Assembly: GCA_049840735.1 (NCBI GenBank)
Contig: JASGJN010000014.1
Span: 96,001-160,000, forward strand
Length of the DNA: 64,000 nt
Reading direction: 5' to 3'
Source of the DNA: Anaeromyxobacter sp.
GTDB taxonomy: Bacteria > Myxococcota > Myxococcia > Myxococcales > Anaeromyxobacteraceae
The position numbers and the translations under genes are program-made. Positions 53,036-61,155 of this stretch are shown one piece after another (within the stretch, counting starts at the first letter, position 1; every line of letters starts with the position of its first letter). The notes beneath the pieces were generated by a model, which was not told the origin of the DNA, did not search any database, and worked only from the letters and a program-made list of their open reading frames with translations.

Positions 53036-53079
53036 CGTCACGCCCGGTCGATCCGGGCGGCCCAGGGCGAGCGGAACCG

Positions 53080-54201
53080 TCAGGGCCCGGCCGGCCGCGG
53101 CAGCCCGCAGGCGTGGAGCAGCTCCAGCGTGCGGGCCACCCGCACCGGCAGCCCGTGCGCCAGCGCGGCGCTGCGCGAGGCGGCCCCGACCTCCGCGGCC
53201 AGGGCGGGCGCGTCGTGGACCCGCACCAGCCGGTCCACCAGCCCCTCCACCGTGGGCTCCTCCAGCAGCAGCGGGCTGTGCGGCAACAGCTCGCTCGCGC
53301 CCACCCGGCGCGAGGTGATCACCGGGACGCCGCAGGCCATGGCCTCGGCCACCACCTGCCCGAACTCCTCGAAGCGGGCCGGGTGCACCAGCACGTCCAG
53401 CGCCTGGTGGACCTCCTCCACCTCGTCCACCGGCGGGGCCTGGACCAGCCGCGCGCGCAGCGGCGCGGGCAGCCGGGCCACCCGCGCGGCGAAGTCCTTG
53501 CTCCGCCCCACCACCAGGTACCAGGCCCGCCGCGCCACGGCCGGCGGGAGCGCGGCGGCCGCCTCCAGCAGCAGGTCCACGCCGCGCTTGGTGAAGTCGC
53601 CGGAGGTCACCAGGCCCACCAGGAAGGCCTCGGGCGGCACGCCCCAGCGCGCGCGCAGCGCGGCGCGGCGCTCCCCGTCCACCGGGTGGAAGCGGGCCGG
53701 ATCGCAGGTGGGCCAGACCACCTCCACCTTGGCCGCGGGCACCCCCATGGCCACGAGCTCGTCCGCCATCAGCCGCGAGTTGGCCACCAGCACCCGGTAG
53801 CCGCCGCCGGCCAGGATGCGGGCGTGGTTGGCGGCCACCTCGGCCAGGTCGGAGCCGGCCGGCGGCGGCGCGCCGTGGGTCTCGCGGTGGGCGCGCCGCA
53901 CCAGGTTGTGCAGGAAGAGCACGTCCTGCCGCTCCACGTCCCCGTGCCCCAGCACCAGCCCGTGGGCGCCCCGCCGCCGCACGCGCTCGAAGCGGCGCGC
54001 GTAGGCGGCCCGCGAGCTGCCCCAGGGCCGGCGCAGCGACACCACCAGCCCGCCGGCCGCCTCCACCAGCTCGCGGCGCACGGTCAGGCCGAAGACCTCC
54101 ACGGCGTGGCCCAGACCGGCCAGGAGCGCGGTGTGCTTGAGCACCGTGCCGGAGGCGCCGGTGTGGCGCGACAGGTTGCGGATGGCGATCGCGACGCGCA
54201 C
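53080..54201 (-). CDS. Glycosyltransferase family 4
   Basis: KRGVDLLL...EEFGQVVAEAMACGVPVI. Confidence 0.88.
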   Translation of the reverse strand: MRVAIAIRNLSRHTGASGTVLKHTALLAGLGHAVEVFGLTVRRELVEAAGGLVVSLRRPWGSSRAAYARRFERVRRRGAHGLVLGHGDVERQDVLFLHNLVRRAHRETHGAPPPAGSDLAEVAANHARILAGGGYRVLVANSRLMADELVAMGVPAAKVEVVWPTCDPARFHPVDGERRAALRARWGVPPEAFLVGLVTSGDFTKRGVDLLLEAAAALPPAVARRAWYLVVGRSKDFAARVARLPAPLRARLVQAPPVDEVEEVHQALDVLVHPARFEEFGQVVAEAMACGVPVITSRRVGASELLPHSPLLLEEPTVEGLVDRLVRVHDAPALAAEVGAASRSAALAHGLPVRVARTLELLHACGLPRPAGP

Positions 54202-54206
54202 GCGGT

Positions 54207-56111
54207 TCAGGGCCTGCCCAGCTCGTCCAGCGCCCGGCGCAGCTCCAGGTTTCGCGGCGCGCGCTCCAGGGCCCGCTCCAGCTCGGCGCGGGCCTCGTCG
54301 CGCCGGCCCAGCCTCTCCAGCAGCCGCCCGCGCTGCAGCGGCGCCTGGACGTCCTCCGGCGAGCGGCGCTCGGACTCCAGATAGGCCGCCAGCGCCTCCT
54401 CGTTCCGGCCGGCGTGCTCCAGCGCCTGGCCGGTGAACATCCACGGGCTGGGCTCCCTGGGCGCGATCCTGCGGGCGGCGGCGAAGGCCCGCAGCGCGCC
54501 CTGCAGATCGCCCTGCCGGTCGCGCGCGATGCCGAGGTTCACGTGGGCCCGCCAGTACCAGGGCGCCACCTGCAGCGCCACCTCCAGCCGCTCCGCCGCC
54601 TTCCGCAGCGCCTCCGGCGCCTGGGCGGGGTCCCGCCCGGCCAGCGAGGTGTACGCCACGGCGAGGTTGTTGTTCACCACCACCTCCCGCGGCGCCTTCT
54701 CGAGCTCCGACTCCCAGAAGCGGATGGCGGTGACCCAGTCCAGCGTCCGCACCACGGTCCGGACCGCCAGCGCGCCGGGCACGGCCAGCGCCAGCACCGC
54801 GGCCACGGTCAGCCAGCTTCCGTTCGCCCTGAGCGTGGCCGCCGCCCGCGGCGGCGGCGGAGTCGAAGGGGCGAACGGCGGGGCCCCCGCGAGCCCGGCG
54901 GTGAGCAGCGCCGCCCCGGCCAGGCAGACCCCCAGCGACGGCAGGTAGAGCAGCCGCTCGGCCAGCAGCACCCCCACCGGCACGAGCTGCAGCACCGGCA
55001 GGAGCGGCACGAAGATGCAGAGCAGCCCGGCCCCCAGGAGCGGCGCCCGGCGGGTCCACCACAGCCAGAGCCCGGCCGCCAGCGTGAGCGCCCAGCCGGC
55101 GGTGGCCACCGCGAACCCGGCGGTGGGCGCCTCCAGCGTGCGGATGCGCGCCGCGTAGGCGAAGTCGCCGCCCAGGAAGCCGGGCCAGGCCAGGATGCGC
55201 AGGTACTCGCCCAGCACGCGGCTCATGGTCATGGCCACGTGCCGCCCCGGCGTGCCCACCGGGAACCAGCGCGCCTCCGGCGCCACCGCCACGTCGAAGC
55301 CGCCTCGCAGCAGGAAGTACGGCAGCGCCGCCAGGAGCAGCGCCAGCGAGAGGCCGGCCACCACCGCCAGGCTCCGCAGCGCCGCCCGGCCGCGCAGCCC
55401 GGGGGCCGCCTCCAGCCCGGCCGCCGCCGGCGCCGCCCAGGCCAGGATGGCGAACAGCACCGGCGTGACGATGGCGGTCTCCTTGGAGAGCACGCCCAGC
55501 GTGAGCACGGCCAGCGCCGCCGGGAGCCGCCACCAGGCCCGCCGCCAGTCCAGCGCCAGCAGGAGCGCCCCGACCGAGAAGCAGGCCGCCAGCGGCTCGG
55601 TCCGGCCGAAGATGGTCGCCACCGCCTCGACGTGGGCGGGGTGGAGCGCGAAGAGCAGCCCGGCCAGCAGCGCCAGCCGCGGCGCCTGCGCCGGGGCGGC
55701 CGCCAGCGCCAGCCGCCGCGCCAGCGCCAGCACCAGCAGGCTGGCGGCCACGTGCAGCGCCACGTTGACGGCGTGGAACCCGGGCGTGAGCGGTCCGTGG
55801 AGGGCGTGGTTGAGCGCGTAGCTGAGCGTGGTGATGGGCCGGTACGGCCCGCGCACGGTGGGGTTGCCGGCGTAGCCGTACAGCTCGCCGAAGATGCGGC
55901 CGACGTTGGAGAGCGACCAGGTGAGCGGGTTGTCCAGCGCCGCCCAGCCGTCGTCCAGGATGGGCGGGTTCACCAGCGTGACGAGGAACGGGACGGCGGC
56001 CGCCAGCGCCACCGCGCGCCGGGGCCGCGCCGCCAGCCAGTCCAGCGCGCGCAACCAGGCCGCGGCGGGGGAGGGATGGGCGGGCGGGGAGCGGAGGCGG
56101 GCGCGGGACAC
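54207..56111 (-). CDS. TMTC-like membrane glycosyltransferase with TPRs
   Basis: LDD, YRP, LFALHPAHVEAV, SKE, AERLLYLPSLG, C-terminal TPRs. Confidence 0.85.
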   Translation of the reverse strand: MSRARLRSPPAHPSPAAAWLRALDWLAARPRRAVALAAAVPFLVTLVNPPILDDGWAALDNPLTWSLSNVGRIFGELYGYAGNPTVRGPYRPITTLSYALNHALHGPLTPGFHAVNVALHVAASLLVLALARRLALAAAPAQAPRLALLAGLLFALHPAHVEAVATIFGRTEPLAACFSVGALLLALDWRRAWWRLPAALAVLTLGVLSKETAIVTPVLFAILAWAAPAAAGLEAAPGLRGRAALRSLAVVAGLSLALLLAALPYFLLRGGFDVAVAPEARWFPVGTPGRHVAMTMSRVLGEYLRILAWPGFLGGDFAYAARIRTLEAPTAGFAVATAGWALTLAAGLWLWWTRRAPLLGAGLLCIFVPLLPVLQLVPVGVLLAERLLYLPSLGVCLAGAALLTAGLAGAPPFAPSTPPPPRAAATLRANGSWLTVAAVLALAVPGALAVRTVVRTLDWVTAIRFWESELEKAPREVVVNNNLAVAYTSLAGRDPAQAPEALRKAAERLEVALQVAPWYWRAHVNLGIARDRQGDLQGALRAFAAARRIAPREPSPWMFTGQALEHAGRNEEALAAYLESERRSPEDVQAPLQRGRLLERLGRRDEARAELERALERAPRNLELRRALDELGRP

Positions 56112-56176
56112 GGGGCGGCAGCGTACCAGGGAGAACCGGTGGTTTGGTGGGGCCGGTGCGCACTAGACTCTCCTCC

Positions 56177-57364
56177 ATGGCCGCACCGCCCCGCCCCCGG
56201 CTGGTCCCCGTGGACCCGCAGCGCTCCGCCGATGGCGACGGTGAGGAGCTGGTGGTCCTGCGCGATCCGGCCGGGATCGCCCGCGACGGGCTGGGGCTCA
56301 GCCGCGCCGCCTTCTGGATCGCCGCGCAGCTGGACGGCACGCGCACCGTCGAGGACGTGGTGGCGCTGGCCACCGGCCAGGGGGTGACCTTCGCGCCGGA
56401 CGAGGTGTCGGCGCTGGTGGACGGGCTGGACGCCGCCGGCTTCGTCGAGGGGCCGCGCCGCCGGGCGCTCCGCGGGGAGGCCCTGGCCGCCTTCCGGGCC
56501 AGCGGGCTGCGCCCGCCCTCCTGCGCCGGGGGCGTCTACCCGGGCCAGCCGGACGCCCTGCGGGCGGCGCTGGACCGCTGGCTGGCCGCGCCCGGCGGCC
56601 CACCCCCGGGCACCCCGCCGCCGGCCCCGCTGCGGCTGCTGGTGGCGCCGCACATCGACTACCGGCGCGGCGCGGTCGGCTACGCCCACGCCTACCGCGC
56701 GCTGGCCGGCGCCGACGCCGAGCTGTTCGTGGTCTTCGGGACCGCCCACGCCTCCCCGCGCCGGCTCTTCACGCTCACCCGGCTCGACCACGACACGCCG
56801 CTCGGCCCGGTCCCGACCGACCGGCCGGCGGTGGAGGCGCTGGCGGCGGCGCTGGGCGAGGCGGAGTGCTTCGAGGACGAGCTCTGCCACCGCGACGAGC
56901 ACTCGGTGGAGCTGCAGGTGGTCCTGCTGCGCCATCTGGTGCGCCGCCCCTTCACCGTCTTGCCGGTGCTCTGCTCCAGCCTCGCGCACCTCGATGACCC
57001 GGCCGGCGCCACCGCGCCCTTCCTCGACGCGCTGGACCGGGCGCTGGCGGGGCGCCGCGCCTGCTTCGTGGCCGGGGCCGACCTGGCCCACGTCGGCCCC
57101 CTGTACGGCGACGACCGCCCGGCCACCCCGGCCGAGCGGGCCGCGCTGGCCGAGGCCGACCTGCGCACCCTCGGGTACCTGGCCCGCGGCGACGCCGAGG
57201 GGTTCCACCGGGACGCGCTGCGGGACGGCGACCGCCGGCGCATCTGCGGCGTGGCCCCCATCTACGCGGCGCTGCGGGCCAGCCGGACCGGCGCGCGGCT
57301 GCTCCACCACGGCACCTGGACCGACGGCACGGACCTCGTCTCCTACGCCGCCGCGGCCGGGTAG
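56177..57364 (+). CDS. AmmeMemoRadiSam system protein B (MEMO-like)
   Basis: VAPHIDY, GTAH, TPLG, EHSVELQ, ADLAHVG, ICG, VSYAA. Confidence 0.88.
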   Translation: MAAPPRPRLVPVDPQRSADGDGEELVVLRDPAGIARDGLGLSRAAFWIAAQLDGTRTVEDVVALATGQGVTFAPDEVSALVDGLDAAGFVEGPRRRALRGEALAAFRASGLRPPSCAGGVYPGQPDALRAALDRWLAAPGGPPPGTPPPAPLRLLVAPHIDYRRGAVGYAHAYRALAGADAELFVVFGTAHASPRRLFTLTRLDHDTPLGPVPTDRPAVEALAAALGEAECFEDELCHRDEHSVELQVVLLRHLVRRPFTVLPVLCSSLAHLDDPAGATAPFLDALDRALAGRRACFVAGADLAHVGPLYGDDRPATPAERAALAEADLRTLGYLARGDAEGFHRDALRDGDRRRICGVAPIYAALRASRTGARLLHHGTWTDGTDLVSYAAAAG

Positions 57365-57440
57365 CCCTCCAGGTCACGTCCCCGGCCGCGCCTCGTCCCT
57401 GCCGGGCAGGCCCACCCCACCCCTGAGCCCAGGAGCCCCC

Positions 57441-58028
57441 GTGCGCACCCTCGCCGCCCTCGCCCTCGCCCTCTCCTTCCTGCCCGGCGCCGGCGCCCGC
57501 GCCGCCGAGCCGGTCACGGCGCTGCTGGTCATCGACGTCCAGGGCGACTACTTCGCCGGCGGGAAGCTGCCGCTGCAGGCGCCCGAGGCCGCGGCCCGCA
57601 ACGCCGCCGCGCTGATCACCCTGTTCCGGGCCCGCCACCAGCCGGTGATCCACGTCCAGCACGCCAGCCACGAGGAGTGGGAGCCGTTCCTGGAGGGCAC
57701 GCCGGGGCAGCGGATCCACGACCTGGTGAAGCCGGCGCCGGGCGAGCCGGTGGTGGTGAAGGGCAAGCCCAGCGCGTTCGCCGGGACCGGGCTGGGCGAG
57801 CTGCTGGAGCGGCTCGGGGCGGCGCGGGTGATCATCGCCGGCATGCAGACCAACGTCTGCGTGCAGGCCACGGCCGAGGAGGCCGACGCCCGCGGGCTTC
57901 ATCCCGTGGTCGTGCGCGACGCCACCGCGGCGCGCAACCCGGCGCTGTCCGCCGGCGCCCTGGAGCGCCTGGCGGGCCAGGGGATCGCGATCACCACCAC
58001 CGCGGCGCTGACCGGGCAGGCGCGGTGA
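57441..58028 (+). CDS. Secreted isochorismatase/cysteine hydrolase
   Basis: Signal peptide; ALLVIDVQGDY, K..SAF, GMQTNVCV. Confidence 0.88.
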   Translation: MRTLAALALALSFLPGAGARAAEPVTALLVIDVQGDYFAGGKLPLQAPEAAARNAAALITLFRARHQPVIHVQHASHEEWEPFLEGTPGQRIHDLVKPAPGEPVVVKGKPSAFAGTGLGELLERLGAARVIIAGMQTNVCVQATAEEADARGLHPVVVRDATAARNPALSAGALERLAGQGIAITTTAALTGQAR

Positions 58029-58046
58029 GCAGGCCGGACCGTCCCC

Positions 58047-59144
58047 TCACCTCCTCCGCTTGGGCACCACCAGCCCGCGCGAGAGGCGCCGCAGCACGCG
58101 CTGCAGCTGGCGGCGCTTGTACCGCTCGTGCGAGCTCTCGCCTTCCTCGTTGCGGGAGGCGGTCTCGCGGTCCAGCACCTGGAACTCCACCAGCGAGAAG
58201 ACCACGCGGCCGCGCTCGTCGGCCATGGGGTCGAGGGGCGGGAGCAGGTCGTCGATCCGGACCGGCACGTCCACCACGAAGTTGAGCACGCGGAAGCCGC
58301 GGCCGCTGAACTCGTTGCGCGGCTCGGACGGATCCCGCTTCTCGAGGTCGGGCGGCAGCTGCAGCTGGCCGGCCAGCTCCTCGCCGCGCGGGTGGCGGGC
58401 CACCAGGTCGGCGAAGCGGACCAGGCTGTTCTGGGTCTGGCCTGGCACCGCGTAGTTGAAGGGGAAGAGGTGCTTCATGAGGTGGTGCACCACCGGCACC
58501 ACCTGGTCGATCCGCTCGGTGACGATCCGGTAGCGGACCCGGTCGAAGACCTGCGCCGCCACGCTCTCCTTCTTGGCGAGCAGCTTGGTCACCAGCGAGA
58601 CCTGGCTCTTCACGTTGCCGCCGAACTCCACGATGGGCAGGCCGGCGGCGCGCATGCGCTCGCCCTCGGCCATCACCCGCCGGTGCACCCGCTCGGCCAG
58701 GTCGGCCTCGCGGATGGGCGTGCGGAAGAGCAGCTCGCGCGCCTCCAGGTGGTGGATGACGTGCATCACCTTGAGCACCACGCAGGCGATGCGGCGGTAC
58801 TTGCGCGGCTCGGCGCTCCCCGAGGCCAGGAGGAAGAGCGTGCGCAGGTCCTCCGGCTCCGCCACCGGCACCGCCACGCGGTAGCCGAAGGCGCCGCGCA
58901 GGTACTCCACCGCCTGCGCCAGGATAGAGCGCAGCCGCTTCTCGTCCTTGGAGTCGTCCAGGTCGAAGAGGCTCAGCCGGAGGAAGGTCTCGACCTCCTC
59001 CAGGTCCCGGAAGTCGAGCCGGCGCCAGTCGATGACCGAGCCGCCGCGCAGCACCAGCCGGAGCTGCTCCAGCTCGGCGACGCCCATCTCCTCGAACGGC
59101 CGGAAGGCTGGCGCCGCGGGGACGCGCTTGGGCTCGGTCGACAC
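58047..59144 (-). CDS. TIGR04552-family protein
   Basis: RGGSVIDW, ACVVLKVMHVIHHL, LVTKLLAK, FDRVR, EFQ, SHERYK. Confidence 0.8.
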   Translation of the reverse strand: MSTEPKRVPAAPAFRPFEEMGVAELEQLRLVLRGGSVIDWRRLDFRDLEEVETFLRLSLFDLDDSKDEKRLRSILAQAVEYLRGAFGYRVAVPVAEPEDLRTLFLLASGSAEPRKYRRIACVVLKVMHVIHHLEARELLFRTPIREADLAERVHRRVMAEGERMRAAGLPIVEFGGNVKSQVSLVTKLLAKKESVAAQVFDRVRYRIVTERIDQVVPVVHHLMKHLFPFNYAVPGQTQNSLVRFADLVARHPRGEELAGQLQLPPDLEKRDPSEPRNEFSGRGFRVLNFVVDVPVRIDDLLPPLDPMADERGRVVFSLVEFQVLDRETASRNEEGESSHERYKRRQLQRVLRRLSRGLVVPKRRR

Positions 59145-59303
59145 CTTCGCCTCGGTCCAGGGGAGCCCACCGGCGGGAAGCCGGCAGGAGCATGCCGGCG
59201 GCCCCCCGCCGGCGGCGAGAAGATGTCAGCGCGGGTCGGCCGGGTCAAGGGCAGCGGGCCGGCAGACCGGGCCTGAGGCCTGAGGCCCCTGCGAGACGAC
59301 CGG

Positions 59304-61058
59304 CTAGAACTTGAACGGGAAGGTGACGTCCTGCCGGCCCTGCGCCGACTTCGGGAACCGGGTCCCGCGGACCACCCCCGTCAGGCACTGGGCCAGCGGG
59401 CTCTTGTCGTACTCCGGGGTCACGCACTTCACGCTCTGCGTGGACCCGTCGGGGGCAATGGTCCAGCGCATCTTCACCACGCCGCTGGCGGTGGGATCGC
59501 GCCCCTTCTGCTCCTGGACGCAGGTCTGGAGCGCCGGGACGCGGGTCAGGATGGTCTCGTTCACCTGGGAGTCGGTCACCCGCTCCGGCAGCGCGCCGGC
59601 GCTGGCCGAGCCGGGAGCCGGCGGGACATAGACCGAGCGGCCGCTCCCCCCGGTGCCGAGCGCGTCATCGAGCGCCGCGTCGTTGGACTCGAACTCGAGC
59701 AGGTCGCCCTTCTTCGAGGAGGACTTCTTCGGCGCCTCGGCCACGGGCTGCGACGCCGGGCTGGCCTTGGCCGCCGCGGTGGCGCCCTTCTTCGAGGTGG
59801 CCCTGGGCGCCGGCTCCTTCCTGGCCGGCGCGGGCGGCGGCTCGGCCTTGGCCACCGGCTCCGGCCTGGGCGCCGGCGCGGGCTCGGCCTTGGCCGGCGG
59901 CGGCGTGGGCGCGGCGGGCTCGGTGGACGGCGCCTGCGCCACGGCGGGCGTGGGCGTGGGGGTGGTCTCGGCGGGCGGCGGCGTGACCGGGGCCGGCGGC
60001 GGGGGCGCGGGCTGGGCCACCGGGGCCGGCGCAGGCGGAGCGGGCGGCGGCGCGGACGGACGCATCACGAACCAGGTGCCGCCGGCGGCGCCGGCGATCG
60101 CCACCAGCGCCACGACGACCCACACCAGCGTGCGCGAGGAGCGCTGCTGGCGCAGCTGCTCGGCGCGCCCGGCCACCACCGAGCGGCGCTCGATCTTCTG
60201 CTCGTCGGTCTTCTCCAGCGCCCTGAGGGGCAGCGGCACCGCGCCGGTGGGGTCGACGCCGCCGCCGTCGGGGAGCGCGTCCACCAGCGACCTGATGCCG
60301 GCCGGGGCGGCGCGCGGCTCGGCGCGCGCGGCCGGGGCGCCCTGCCCGATCTCCTCGCTGGCCAGCGCGGCCAGCGCGCTGGCGCCGGCCGGCTTCCAGG
60401 CCACGTCGGCGCCCGGCTCGACGGCCGGGGCCGGCGCGGGGGCGGCCACCACGCGCGAGGCGGCGGCGACCGGGGAGGCGGCGGGGCGCGGGCGCGGGCC
60501 GCGCGGCACCGGGGACAGGTAGGCGGCCAGGTCGGTCACGGTGGTGAGCGCGCACCAGTCGCCCATGCCCGGGCGCCAGACCAGCGAGTCGGGGCCGACG
60601 TCGCCGGCCTCCCACTTGCGCCGCACCTCGACCAGCGGCAGCGGGCCTACCTGCGCCTGGCCGATGGCCACGTACCACTCGGTGGCGGGCGGCTCACCGG
60701 GCGCCGCCGCGGCGGGGGCCGCCGCCGAGCGCTCGGCGATGCGGGCGGCCTCCTCCGGCGAGACGGCCTGGGTGGCGTCCGGATCCGGCGCCGCAGCGCC
60801 GGCGGGCGGCGCGCCGCCGAAGGCGTTGTCGAAGGCCTGGCCCAGCTCGTCGTCCAGGCCGGCCGGCCGGGGCGCGGGCGCCGGGGCGGGGGCGGGGGCG
60901 GGGGCGGCGGCCTGCGGGGCCGCGGCGCCGTTCTCGGGGACGCGCCGGACGAGGATGACGTGGCCGCACTTCTTGCAGCGCACCTTCACGCCGGCCGGCC
61001 CGACCTTCTCGTCGGAGATCATGTACTGCGCGTCGCACTGGTCGCAGGTGAATTTCAT
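59304..61058 (-). CDS. Zn-ribbon/GYF_2/AgmX-PglI C-terminal protein, GltJ(AgmX)-like
   Basis: MKFTCDQCDAQY...CKKC; WYVAIGQAQVGP...LVWRPGMGDW; TM, Pro-rich linker, C-terminal FPFKF. Confidence 0.8.
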   Translation of the reverse strand: MKFTCDQCDAQYMISDEKVGPAGVKVRCKKCGHVILVRRVPENGAAAPQAAAPAPAPAPAPAPRPAGLDDELGQAFDNAFGGAPPAGAAAPDPDATQAVSPEEAARIAERSAAAPAAAAPGEPPATEWYVAIGQAQVGPLPLVEVRRKWEAGDVGPDSLVWRPGMGDWCALTTVTDLAAYLSPVPRGPRPRPAASPVAAASRVVAAPAPAPAVEPGADVAWKPAGASALAALASEEIGQGAPAARAEPRAAPAGIRSLVDALPDGGGVDPTGAVPLPLRALEKTDEQKIERRSVVAGRAEQLRQQRSSRTLVWVVVALVAIAGAAGGTWFVMRPSAPPPAPPAPAPVAQPAPPPPAPVTPPPAETTPTPTPAVAQAPSTEPAAPTPPPAKAEPAPAPRPEPVAKAEPPPAPARKEPAPRATSKKGATAAAKASPASQPVAEAPKKSSSKKGDLLEFESNDAALDDALGTGGSGRSVYVPPAPGSASAGALPERVTDSQVNETILTRVPALQTCVQEQKGRDPTASGVVKMRWTIAPDGSTQSVKCVTPEYDKSPLAQCLTGVVRGTRFPKSAQGRQDVTFPFKF

Positions 61059-61155
61059 GGTTCTCGTGCCCGCTGTGGATCGGTAGGTTTGCGTCGGACG
61101 CCACGTCAACCGGCGTGCGGAGTCGCTGGGCGACCCGCCAAGGGGTGCGCCCCGG

